A program made the position numbers and the translations under genes. From assembly GCF_964355755.1 (NCBI RefSeq), contig NC_092678.1:5224422-5288421 (forward strand): a stretch of 64,000 nt of DNA, in the 5' to 3' direction. The notes beneath the pieces were generated by a model. It saw only the letters and a program-made list of their open reading frames with translations. It was not told the DNA's origin and did not search any database. Origin of the DNA: Antedon mediterranea. Its lineage: Eukaryota > Animalia > Echinodermata. Of the stretch, positions 25,101 to 37,797 are shown one piece after another. Position 1 is the first letter of the stretch, and the number at the start of each line of letters is the position of its first letter.

Positions 25101-27487
25101 ATAAGGTCCCATTCATACATGATTTAGCGAGGACATTTCATGTAATAAGGTCCTATTCATACATGATTTGGCGAGAGCATTTCATGTAATAAGGTCCCAT
25201 TCATACATGATTTAGCGAGGGCATTTCATGTAATAAGGTCCTATTCATACATGATTTAGCGAGGACATTTCATGTAATAAGGTCCTAATTCATACATGAT
25301 TTAGCGAGGGCATTTCATGTAATAAGGTCCCATTCATACATGATTTAGCGAGGGCATTTCATGTAATAAGGTCCTATTCATACATGATTTAGCGAGGGCA
25401 TTTCATGTAATAAGGTCCCATTCATACATGATTTAGCGAGGACATTTCATGTAATAAGGTCCTATTCATACATGATTTAGCGAGGACATTTCATGTAATA
25501 AGGTCCCATTCATACATGATTTAGCGAGGACATTTCGTGTAATAAGGTCCCATTCATACATGATTTGGCGAGAGCATTTCATGTAATAAGGTCCTATTCA
25601 TACACGATTTGGCGAGAGCATTTCATGTAATAAGGTCCCATTCATACATGATTTAGCGAGGGCATTTCATGTAATAAGGTCCTATTCATACATGATTTAG
25701 CGAGGACATTTCATGTAATAAGGTCCCATTCATACATGATTTAGCGAGGGCATTTCATGTAATAAGGTCCTATTCATACATGATTTAGCGAGGGCATTTC
25801 ATGTAATAAGGTCCTATTCATACATGATTTAGCGAGGGCATTTCATGTAATAAGGTCCCATTCATACATGATTTAGCGAGGGCATTTCATGTAATAAGGT
25901 CCCATTCATACATGATTTAGCGAGGGCATTTCATGTAATAAGGTCCCATTCATACATGATTTAGCGAGGGCATTTCATGTAATAAGGTCCCATTCATACA
26001 TGATTTAACGAGGGCATTTCATGTAATAAGGTCCTATTCATACATGATTTAGCGAGGACATTTCATGTAATAAGGTCCCATTCATACATGATTTAGCGAG
26101 GGCATTTCATGTAATAAGGTCCCATTCATACATGATTTAGCGAGGGCATTTCATGTAATAAGGTCCCATTCATACATGATTTGGCGAGAGCATTTCATGT
26201 AATAAGGTCCCATTCATACATGATTTGGCGAGAGCATTTCATGTAATAAGGTCCCATTCATATATGATTTAGCGAGGACATTTCATGTAATAAGGTCCTA
26301 TTCATATATGATTTAGCGAGGGCATTTCATGTAATAAGGTCCCATTCATACATGATTTAGCGAGGGCATTTCATGTAATAAGGTCCTATTCATATATGAT
26401 TTAGCGAGGGCATTTCATGTAATAAGGTCCCATTCATACATGATTTAGCGAGGGCATTTCATGTAATAAGGTCCCATTCATACATGATTTAGCGAGGGCA
26501 TTTCATGTAATAAGGTCCCATTCATACATGATTTAGCGAGGGCATTTCATGTAATAAGGTCCCATTCATACATGATTTAGCGAGGGCATTTCATGTAATA
26601 AGGTCCCATTCATACATGATTTGGCGAGAGCATTTCATGTAATAAGGTCCCATTCATACATGATTTGGCGAGAGCATTTCATGTAATAAGGTCCCATTCA
26701 TATATGATTAAGCGAGGACATTTCATGTAATAAGGTCCCATTCATACATGATTTAGCGAGGGCATTTCATGTAATAAGGTCCCATTCATACATGATTTAG
26801 CGAGGACATTTCATGTAATATAGGTCCTATTCATATATGATTTAGCGAGGGCATTTCATGTAATAAGGTCCTATTCATATATGATTTAGCGAGGGCATTT
26901 CATGTAATAAGGTCCCATTCATACATGATTTAGCGAGGGCATTTCATGTAATAAGGTCCCATTCATACATGATTTGGCGAGGGCATTTCATGTAATAAGG
27001 TCCCATTCATACATGATTTAGGGAAGGCATTTCATGTAATAAGGTCCCATTCATACATGATTTGGCGAGAGCATTTCATGTAATAAGGTCCCATTCATAC
27101 ATGATTTAGCGAGGGCATTTCATGTAATAAGGTCCTATTCATACATGATTTAGCGAGGACATTTCGTGTAATAAGGTCCTATTCATACATGATTTAGCAA
27201 GAGCATATCATGTAAAAAGCTCCCATTCATACATGATTTAGCGAGGGCATTTCATGTAATAAGGTCCTATTCATACATGATTTAGCGAGGACATTTCATG
27301 TAATAAGGTCCCATTCATACATGATTTAGCGAGGACATTTCATGTAATAAGGTCCCATTCATACATGATTTGGCGAGAGCATTTCATGTAATAAGGTCCT
27401 ATTCATACATGATTTAGCGAGGACATTTCATGTAATAAGGTCCCATTCATACATGATTTGGCGAGGGCATTTCGTGTAATAAGGCCC
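22180..27487. repeat. 44-bp satellite, about 120 copies (TTAGCGAGGGCATTTCATGTAATAAGGTCCCATTCATACATGAT)
   Basis: Uninterrupted head-to-tail array with a few recurrent variants and no unique spacers. Confidence 0.97.
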
Positions 27488-28446
27488 TTCTGTATTAATA
27501 TGATTTTTGATGAAAATAATATTTCACACTTCCATTCAAATGATTTCATGATTATTGACGATACGACGATACCATTGCTCATACTAATCATAACGTCATT
27601 TGATTGGACGTATGACATTTTATATTTATCAATGGCAGCATAAATATGGATATCCTATAGTTTTTTAGAATAAAACACCTTTCTAATTTTCTTTTTTTTT
27701 AAATGCACGTTTATCCACTTATCGTTGATCGTTATCGTACTCCTAACGACCAAAACAACAAAAAAATCATTTTCTGAAGCACACATATTCAGGATTGTAT
27801 TAAAACGATAAACTTATTATTTATATATGTATTATATCTTGATCTGGCCAGCTGCAAAACTGATTCCTCTGCGTTAATTTGGTTGCTGTTTAGATATTAG
27901 TTAGGATATGATTGTTTACCATGGCTTCTCGTGTGTGCAATGTTTGCAAAGGCGCTATAAACGTGTTTAGTATTAGGAGCTATAGACGTGTTTAGTATTA
28001 TATAATTACATAAAAAACTAAAAAAACACAAACAAGGACACATTTTGATTACCAATATTTTAATGATTACAACTTAACATCCACCAATGAAAATAATGAT
28101 TTATTTATTCTTTATTTAAGCAGTTACTATAAATTAGAGCTTATTACATAACAGTTTGTACGCATTGTGTGCTAGCTGCGACAGTTGACTATGCTATGTT
28201 GTTTGCCGTTTGTAAACATATGTATTTCTCAATTATAATTATTATGGCATGATAATATTTATACTGTATGATAAAGAACATTCATTAGCATTATAGAGCT
28301 CGTATTTTATAACTCCCTTTATATTAGGGCTATTTTGTATTATATTGACTACGCTACTTGTAATGGTAATGATGAGGCAACGCTATGGCCATATGCTGTA
28401 AAAAAAAATAAAAAAGAAAATTATGAAGGAAAACAAGCAGGTCTTA

Positions 28447-28701
28447 GACTCTGTCTACACTATCAAACTAGTTGACAAAAAAAAGTGTGATGGGCCCAAA
28501 TATGGTAGTGATATGCCCAAATATGGTAATAATATGCCCAAATATGGTAGTGATGTACCAAAATATGGTAATGACATGCCCAGATATGGTAGTGATATGC
28601 CTATGGTAGTAATAATGATCACATCTCCATATGTCATCGTCTCCATATATGGGCACATCACATGTGTTTGTCACATAAAGTTTGATAGTGTAGACAAAGC
28701 T
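28447..28701. mobile_element. Harbinger-like MITE (same family as 1046-1238, opposite orientation)
   Basis: TTA|GACTCTGTCTACACTATCAAACT ... AGTTTGATAGTGTAGACAAAGCT|TTA, with internal 21-bp repeats CCCAAATATGGTAGTGATATG. Confidence 0.82.
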
Positions 28702-28762
28702 TTAGAGGGATGTGTGTGTATTTCATATAACCGTAATCTAATGTTTCATCCTAGAACTATTA

Positions 28763-29348
28763 TATAGAACTTATAACACAAGAATCTCCTGTTCTTCAAT
28801 TTGCATTCAAAACACAGTATCGGAAGTACAGGGTTAAAAGGTCAAACTGGGCGACGCCATTTCACAGCATGGAGCAGCGCCCCCTCCAAACTAGGAAGTC
28901 AATTACTCTACCCCCTAGAGTATTAGCAGAACCCCTCTATGATTTTGACTTTCTAATTTGATGCGGGCGCCCTACTCCTCAGTCAATTACTCTATCCCCC
29001 CTAGAGCATTAGCAGAACCCCTCTATGATTTTGACTTTCTAATTTGATGCGGGCGCCCTACTCCTCAGTCAATTACTCTACCCCCTAGAGTATTAGCAGA
29101 ACCCCTCTATGATTTTGACTTTCTAATTTGATGCGGGCGCCCTACTCCTCAGTCAATTACTCTATCCCCCCCCCCCCCCTAGAGCATTAGCAGATCCCCT
29201 CTATGATTTTGACTTTCTAATTTGATGCGGGCGCCCTACTCCATGGCTCACAATGGCGCCACCCATAGCTCTATTCTATCCCACAATGCCTTTCGAAATT
29301 GTTACGCGCATCGGACGAACAGGAGATTCTTGTGTTATAAGTTCTTTG
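28763..29348. mobile_element. Non-autonomous TIR element with a 6-bp TSD (CTATTA) and four internal ~84-bp repeats
   Basis: Perfect 29-bp inverted repeat AGAACTTATAACACAAGAATCTCCTGTTC (28766-28794) vs 29317-29345. CTATTA at 28757-28762 and 29349-29354. Tandem repeats at 28897-29241. Confidence 0.82.
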
Positions 29349-29356
29349 CTATTATA

Positions 29357-29543
29357 TAGGATTATCATCTATGCTGCCTTTGATGAAAATAATATTTCCA
29401 CACGTCCAATCAAATGACGTCATTATTAGTAAGAGCAATAATATCGTGACAATACACGAACGAATTTATTGTTTTTGTTGATCATCATTTGATTAGATTA
29501 AGAAAAATTGTATTTATCAAATACAGCATAAATGATTATCCTA
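29357..29543. mobile_element. AT-rich MITE-like element; a left-truncated relative lies at ~27505-27660
   Basis: Imperfect TIRs TAGGATTATCATCTATGCTGCCTTTGATGAAA / TTTATCAAATACAGCATAAATGATTATCCTA. Confidence 0.55.
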
Positions 29544-29698
29544 TAGGCCTAGTTCTAGAACGAAAACTGTTCTAATTTCTTTGGTTTTATGAAAATGTAT
29601 GTTTATATATGTATCGTCGATCGTTATCGCCCTAGTGTGAATGGGCCTTAAACCTTGTTTGGCAATATAATAATTACCTTTTTAGATTATAATTTCTT

Positions 29699-32600
29699 TT
29701 AGTAGTTTTCTTCTTCCAAAAGTTCCCTTAACTTCTGTACCAACCCTCCTATAAAGAGACAAAGTAATCATTAGCCTGCCTACTAAAGCTGTTGAAATAC
29801 ATTATCAGCCGATCAGCACGATGACTGCGATTGTCATGATTTTTTGTTTTGTTTTTTTATGGGGCGGGTGAGTGTACGAGCCACACGTTATGTTATACGT
29901 TTGTGCTCGTTGGGTTGCATTATTGGTTTCAGGGGATGAACCCAAATAAACACAAGTGTGCCATGATAGCCACACTAGCCTCATTATTAATGCAACCTTT
30001 TTGAAAACAAAATAAATATAGCAATAATAATAAAAATAATTATAATAATATCAAATGATTATGAGGATTTAGATTTAAAAAAAATAGAAATTGCGATCCA
30101 CTCGAAAATACATACCATAGCTTTTCTTGGCTTCATTAAATACTACCCTCTTTTCTACAAAAGGAAACACACAAAAAATTAATTACACAGTGATGTGGTC
30201 ATATTAATGAGCTATAATGTTGGTTAGTTATTGATATTTATGGGCAACAGTGCTTTAGGAAGAACAAGCCACGTGTTATTAATTTATTTTCAACTGTGAA
30301 ACTTTTTAAAAATTATTTTAGTGATTTACACAAAAATAACAAATAACTAAATAATTATTAATATTTATAATTAAATTTATACGTTCATAACTCAACAATG
30401 TAATTAGTGTTATTTACTATTTAAAATTTTAACAATAAAGAGATATGTAACAACATTTAAAATGTAACCGTTTAGATTGAAGTAGAAATAATAAATAAGA
30501 AGAGTCAAAGTAATCATTAGCCTGCCTACTAAAGCTGTTCAAATACATTATCAGCCGATTTTCACGATGACTGCGATTGTAATGATTTTTTTTTATGTGG
30601 CGCGGTTGAGTGTACGAGCCACACGTTATGTTATACGTTTGTGCTCGTTGGGTTGCATTATTGGTTTCAGGCGATAAACCCAAATAAACACAAGTGTGCC
30701 ATGATAGCCACACTAGCCTCATTATTAATGCAACCTTTTTGAAAACAAAATAAATATTTTAACCTAATAGTAGAAATAATAATAAATATAATTATAATAA
30801 TATCAAATGATTATGAGGATTTAGATTTTAAAAAAAATAGAAATTGCGATCCACTCGAAAATACATACCATTGCCTTTCTTGGCTTCATTAAATACTACC
30901 CTCTTTTCTACAAAAGGAAACACACACAAAATTAATTACACAGTGATGTGGTCATATTAATGAGCTATAATGTTGGTTAGTTATTGATATTTATGGGCAA
31001 CAGTGCTTTAGGAAGAACAAGCCACGTGTTATTAATTTATTTTCAACTGTGAAACTTTTTAAAAATTATTTTAGCGATTTACACAAAAAATAACAAATAA
31101 CTAAATAATTATTAATATTTATAATTAAATTTATATGTTCATAACTCAACAATGTAATTAGTGTTATTTACTATTTTAAATGTTAACAATAAAGAGATAT
31201 GTAACAACATTTAAAATGTAACAGAAGCGAATCCAGGATTTTAAAATAGTTTAGATTGAAGTAGAAATAATGAATAAGAAGAGACGAAGTAATCATTAGC
31301 GAATACGTCATCGCTTGTGATTGGTCAATTCACTTGCGTTGCGTTACGTCCTTGTGTTGCCGCGCTAGTGGGAACCACGCTTAACCAATGACAAGCGAAG
31401 TTATAGACAGTTAGCAATCACAAGCGAATAAGCCATCGCTTGTGATTGGTCAATTCACTTGCGTTGCGTTACGTCCTTGCGTTGCGTCGCTAGTGGGAAC
31501 CACGCTTTAAGCTGCTCAAATACATTATCAGCCGATTTTCACGATGACTGCGATTGTAATGATTTTTTGTTTTGTTTTTTATTTGGCGCGGTTTAGTGTA
31601 TGAGTCACACGTTATGTTATACGTTTGTGCTCGTTGGATTGCATTATTGGTTTCAGGCGATAAACCCAAATAAACATGATAGCCACACTAGCCTCATTAT
31701 TAATGCAACCTTTTTGAAAACAAAATAAATATTTTAACCTAATAGTAGAAATAATAATAAAAATAATTATAATAATATAAAATGATTATGAGGATTTAGA
31801 TTTTAAAAAAAAATAGAAATTGCGATCCACTCGAAAATACATACCATTGCCTTTCTTGGCTTCCTCAAATACTACCCCCTGATTCTTTTCTACAAAAGAA
31901 AACACACAAAAAACATTAATTAATGACACAGCGATGTGGCTATCAATGAGCTATATGTTGGCTAGTTATTGATATCTATGGGCTGCCAACAGTGAGCTAT
32001 ATGTTGGCTAGTTATTGGTATCTATGGGCGGCCAACAGTGCTTTAGGAAGAATGAGCCACGTGTTATTCATTTATTTTCAACTCTGAAACGTTTTTTTTA
32101 AATTATTTTAGTGATTTACACACAAAAATAACAAATAACTAAATAATTATTAATATATATAATTAACTTTATACGTTCATGACTCAACAGTGTAATTAGT
32201 ATTATTATTATTTTACATTATGACAATAAAGAGAGATATGTAACAACATTTAAAATCAAAATGTAATGCGAAAAACAGGGGCGAATCCAGGATTTTTAAA
32301 TAGTTTTAGAGTGAAGTAAAAGTAATAATAAATAAGGTGGTTAAGATTTGATTGATGGGTTAGTGAAATTTCCTGATTCATGTTGATCATGTAGATAAAG
32401 CTGTACTTACTCGCAGTCTGTGTATTACAAGTTGGTCCCGTGTAACCATTAGTACATTGACATAGCCAGATATTTCTCAAAAGGCTGAAGACCTCACAGT
32501 CGCCGTTGCCATTGCAACTGTCGTAAAAAGTCATACAATCGACTTTTTGGGGGAAAAAATAACTTAGTAGCAATAAGGATTAATATAATATAATAATGAT

Positions 32601-34060
32601 AACATTTTGTTCTCTGTAGTCGTTACAAAAAAGAAACAAAGAAAATGATGAAATAAAGTTTTAGGCTGAGCCAGTTATGTGGGACATGATACACTGAACA
32701 CAAAGAGTGGCAAACTCAACGAGCGCACACACAGATATTGTTAACAACTTATTAAAATAAAGTTAATTGCGATACATACTATAGTTTAGGCTGGCCTTCT
32801 TAGACAGTGTTTCTTTTTTGCCCTGGGTTTCTTCTATCTGTCTTTCTTCCTCTAAAAAAAAAACAATTGATCACAAAACGACGTACCATAGATTAGAATG
32901 CGTTCATTTATTTTCAATAAGGTTTATCGCAAATACTAGCGTACGTGGCTGATGTTGATTTGGCACTCGTAGCGACGTTTGCTCCCACCCTTCCTCAGCC
33001 ATGACGTCCCTCGCGAAATCAAGCTATTTGCGATAAACCTTATGCAATAGGCATACATTTACACAAGAAATAATATATGTACGTATCTAAGAACAAGTAT
33101 TAGCAATTTTCTATGACATTTAATAAAATCATTTAACCAAAAGTACTGTAAATACATTTTTTACACTAGTTTTGTTTATTTAGAAACAGTGACAAGATAG
33201 GATCGATCGCAATTTCATAGAGTACTTCATCACAAAGAGGCGTTCAAATCCGCCACTGGAATCGAAAGAAAAAAGATGAAAACACGCGAAAAGAAAAGAA
33301 AAATATATGCAACAATAACCTAGTAGGCCTACATTTGAACACCTTGTGCGATACAATTTTTAATTAATAATAACCTAGAATTAACTGCAGATGAAAACAG
33401 AAAAATACTTATAAAATACCTTCGAATTCCAGTAGTTCTTTTAGCTCTCTTACGTCCTCTATAATAAAAAAAAAGCAAAAAGAACAAACAATTACTAGAA
33501 AATGAGCGGAACATGTCAAAATACAGAGCGACAGAGGGCGTGCTATTTAAAATTTCATCTCATATTGAAACATTTTTAGATATTTTAATATTAAATAAGC
33601 TTTTGTAAATTCACCCATATATCAATTGTCCTTAACATGTTCTGTAAGTATATACAGTACATATTAACGCCCACAAGTTCAGGACGATAACTAATTGTTT
33701 GAAGCATCGTGCAAATAACGCAAGATAGGCATTCAATACCGCACTTGACATGTTATTTTGGCAAGTAAATAACCACAGTATTTAATCAACCCCACGTGGG
33801 GAATACAAATCTACTGGATGATTTAAGTTGGGTGATGGATCTTTAAATAATAAATACTGTAAATATATGGTGTTTGGGAGGGGAAAGTGGGGGAGGGGGA
33901 GCGGTTGAACCTAGCCCCCGGCGTACATTATTCGATACAGCTTCGATGTTACGTCGTCCAGCAATTAAAAAAGACCGTAATAATTAATAAGTAAATACTC
34001 ACCAAATAGACTTGCAAACGCTATTGACATGAGGGTTGCAAATATCAGTGCTCGATACAT
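29699..34060 (-). CDS. Secreted single-EGF peptide precursor, paralogue of the EGIP-like gene, about 116 aa
   Basis: Exons 34060-34003, 33458-33420, 32851-32780, 32542-32411, 29748-29699; all phase 1; 351 nt. Translation MYRALIFATLMSIAFASLFEDVRELKELLEFEEEERQIEETQGKKETLSKKASLNYIDCMTFYDSCNGNGDCEVFSLLRNIWLCQCTNGYTGPTCNTQTARGLVQKLRELLEEENY*. The signal and EGF exons are solid; the two small pro-region exons and the last exon are inferred from splice consensus and frame. Confidence 0.72.
29760..32310. repeat. Intronic tandem triplication of a ~750-800-bp unit, with a MITE at ~31300-31507 inside the third copy
   Basis: AAATACATTATCAGCCGAT...GTGCTCGTTGG...GCGATCCACTCGAAAATACATACC starts near 29796, 30541 and 31518. 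Confidence 0.9.
32917..33043. mobile_element. MITE, same family as 8363-8528
   Basis: Termini ATAAGGTTTATCGCAAATA / TATTTGCGATAAACCTTAT. Confidence 0.75.
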
Positions 34061-34436
34061 GGTAATTGAGTTCAGGGCTTTCTGTCAAAATAAGTCCAGG
34101 TATAAATATTTTAAAGTTTCAATAAACATTTATTTAAGATGGTCATTACAAACAATATATAACAAACAATGACAAATTATACACATTTTATTTGGACACC
34201 AGCAATCTAAATGCGATAATCTATATTATCTTTTCGACGATTCAGAGTAATTTAGAAATAGTTTGGCATATTGTAGGCATACAGAAGCTGGCAGCAATCA
34301 CCCCCATAGTGGGATATACCACCACATTGAGGCATGAGATGGGTGTGTACCTAGGCTGCATAACTTACCTTATTCTTGAGTTGTAGTAATATGTAACTAA
34401 CTTCCTTCTAACTGGCAACTAATACGCTACCTACTG

Positions 34437-34444
34437 TTTATATA
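34437..34444 (-). promoter_or_regulatory. Candidate TATA box of EGF-peptide gene 2
   Basis: TATATAAA on the minus strand, ~70 nt upstream of a strong donor (AAG|GTAAGT at 34369/34368) that would end a non-coding first exon. Confidence 0.4.
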
Positions 34445-36276
34445 CACAAGAACGTGTCACGCACCGTGGGCTGGGTTTCAAACTTAATGACTTCTTTTTT
34501 GTCCGTTAATCCTTCTTTGTTCAGTTTAATAATATAAAATATTTCTTATATTGTTTGAAGGTTTGTATGGTGAGAATAATAAATACTGTATATCGAACAA
34601 AAAAGCATTCCGTACACACCGTATGCCTAATGGCTGTTTTGCTAAGTATCGCTATTTTTTACTATTATTCAATGTCAGTGGCACATTGTATCGATATAAA
34701 AGGCCAAAAAAACATAAGACAGCGTGTCTCCTGCGATTTTGTCTTTTTATTCAACTACTATTAATACTATATTATATATAACAAATTAGGTAACGAACGC
34801 AGCACCAATGCAGCTCATTCACAGCTCACTGGATGTCAACCCATATTTAATTATGTATTTTCATTTTGCGTTATGATCGTATCGTGTCGCCAAGAACAAA
34901 CAGCCGAAATTCTTAGATCTTAGAATAATTTCATGAAATGTTTGTTTGCTTGTTTGTTTTTTAATGAATAGTATAAACACGTCATACTTGATCTGAAAAA
35001 CACCATTTAGTAGAAAAAGAAAACGGTTGATAGTGAATGCAATTGACAATGATAATGACGATGGTTTTGATTCATCACGTGATATTAGTTTGTTCCTCCC
35101 CTCCCCGGATTGAAATAAATAATCAGAGTTGCGTAAACATTCAGAATACAATATACCCCTATTCGGAAGACACCCCTATTTTGGAGACACCCATATTTTT
35201 GGGAAATACTCCTATTCAGGGCAATTAGAGAACGAGAACGAGATACACTTTTTTAGTCCCAAAAGTGTCCAGGGTTTTCAGTAAAAACATTTGACTTGGA
35301 TGCGTGGATGGTTGTTAGTGAGGTGACGCATCCACAATTTAATATAGTTTATTATTTAATACATCACGACCGGCCAAATAATGGTTGTCGTCCATCCGCA
35401 CTCTCACGCCTATTTACACATTTAAATGTATTCAATACTTTAAGAAGAAGAGTAGTGTTTAACGTAACAACATAATAAATAGGCCTATGGCGTATTTCAT
35501 ACCGCACGTGGATATTCAAGAATCCCGCGTCGGGTACTCATTGATGCGCACGTGACAATGACAACAAAATATGGATGGAATGGAATATTATTGAACAAGT
35601 ACGTCTTCTACAACATACTTGTGAACTTAATAATTGATTGATTGATTGAAATATATATTTATACTGGGTAAGGTAAGACATTGTTGTTTACAACAGTGAT
35701 CATATATTTATTATTTTATATTTATGAAAGCCTAGTAGTGAGCTAGGCCTATACAATGACTTTTAAGGCACAAAGCTCAAACTACGAGACCCCTGCTATG
35801 AATACAGCCGATGCCTTTGTTATGAACTCATTATCTATACTTAATATACGCTGAACAGGCTCTACTTTGTAAATTCATTTAAAATATCATTTGGTAAAAC
35901 TTGGAATGAGTATTATTGACATTCCTTTTCACAATAAAAGTACTATTTGTTTTGTCAAACAAATAAATTGATAAATAAAAATACTAACGAGAACCAGCAT
36001 GATAATTAAGACATTGCCATGGGATTGTCATATTAGGGACCTCTTCACCTCCCCTCGCTCTTGGAAAAATTATTGGACACATAAGTTAAATGTAATTCAT
36101 TCATTCATTAGTGGAAATCATCATTTCCTTTTATTGTCATTTGCATATACAGTAAAACAGAATGTATGCATAGAAATTGTGTTTGCTCTGAGACACAAAA
36201 AAACAGATATAAATAACAAAACAACCAAACATCACATCACTCTCGTACGGTTTCCCAACTAGTATTCAGTGCCCAT

Positions 36277-36375
36277 AATGGCAGCTGGATAGAAGCTGTT
36301 GCGAAATCTATTAGTACGAGAAGTGATGGACCGGTATCGTCTACCGCTACGTAACATCACAAATACGTTATGGGT
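36277..36375 (-). mobile_element. 3' remnant of a Rex1/Babar-type LINE
   Basis: FVMLRSGRRYRSITSRTNRFRNSFYPAAI matches the pattern LLPSGRRYRS.RTRT.R..NSF.P.AI. Confidence 0.8.
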
Positions 36376-37200
36376 AGTAATGGATAACATAGGCCTACAA
36401 AATGGCCGTTCGTTAAAGACACTGTCGTTTATTATAAAACACACTCAAACATAGCAAACAAATATGCCGCACATTTAAAATAGTTGCATATATTAGCGAA
36501 GGATCCAATGAAATCGTTAACAATTAAATGTGACGTGCACATGTACGTCATTCACCGATGTAGCGGAACGGGTTTTGCAGTGCAGTAAGTAACAGGACAT
36601 CATTTTGTACATTTAGATAAATTATAATAATCTAAATAGTCCACTTTTTAAATTTTAATAGTTTATATTCACTCCCTGCAACGAATTAAGAATATATTGG
36701 AGTCTCTAATCACCTCTATTACTAATACACTACTAGTAGTAGGCCTATTGTTTGTTTTTGAATTCACTCTGTTTGGTCTCCCGTCTTCGTCGGCGGTTAT
36801 CGTTAACATGTCCGGCCTAACCCAATACAATTCCAGTTATTTGCTATCTTATTATAAAGTCGTATAACAAATAAAATAATGGAAAATGTAGACGCCATTT
36901 TGGCCACCATTTAATCCAAGAGGTGAATAATTATCAATTTCCGGTAATCGTACCAAAATAGGGAGAATTACTTTTTCTACTTTATTAGGCCTACTTTTTT
37001 ATTTAAATCCATTATTTTGATGATTAATTAATTCCTAAGCCACAGTTACACATGTACGGTACACTAACAATAAATATTCTTTTTAAGGGTAATCAATGTA
37101 TTTTTGTCTTTTCAGAGATTGAAGATATTTTTTTTTCTTTAGTAAATTTAGACTTTGTAACTTAAAAAAAACCAGAAAATATAAACGCAGCGTGACTTGA

Positions 37201-37428
37201 ATGGCTTCCGTACCCTTTTAGAGTTTCCAATCATTTAGTTAACGTTACCATAACCTACAAAGTAATAGCCGGCCTAACTTTCATCAATCATCACGTCATC
37301 TAATACAGTAATGTTGGTTTGTTTTTCAGGTTCAGCAGAAGAGGTGCACCGCGCGCGTTCATTCTTTTTATTCACATTTTTACATAATATTAATTATTAA
37401 CTATAACTCAGAGGGGTACGGAAGCCAT
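37201..37428. mobile_element. Small TIR element inserted in the degenerate repeat
   Basis: ATGGCTTCCGTACCC ... GGGTACGGAAGCCAT inverted termini. Confidence 0.6.
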
Positions 37429-37695
37429 CAATATAAATAGATGATCATTTTTTAGCGTAAATTAAAAAAATATTAACCTGCTACATTGAATGATTATATT
37501 ATTCTTATTTGTGTCTACGCCATCGTAATACTGTACAGCATAAACGATACAGAGACTAAAACACGATAATGTCGAGATAAGGTATTTATGTTTTTTTTCG
37601 ATTTTACGTGATTTTCTTTTAATACCTTTCGATAAATAACTATTATAAAAACGCATTTATAAATTTAGTATTTCGTTACCTTACTTGCAGGTCTA

Positions 37696-37797
37696 TTTAT
37701 TAGTCGCGTGCAACGCGACTCTACAGCTCACTATGTCGGTCGGTCGGTAAACACTAACTTAAGCACGCGACTGCAGCCATGTGTATGACCCTGTTTT
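37696..37797 (+). mobile_element. Short Helentron/DINE-like non-autonomous element; a longer relative starts at ~62675
   Basis: TTAGTCGCGTG..GCGACTCT..CACTATGTCGGTCGGTCGGT head shared with 62678-62730; inverted CACGCGACT near the 3' end. Confidence 0.55.

Noticed and set aside
22180-27487. CRISPR array
   Set aside because: Units are head-to-tail with no unique spacers, there are no cas genes, and the context is eukaryotic.
28423-28767. 114-aa ORF with PKYGSDM repeats resembling a neuropeptide precursor
   Set aside because: It is the 21-bp internal repeat of a TIR-bounded MITE; there is no signal peptide and no dibasic sites between the repeats.
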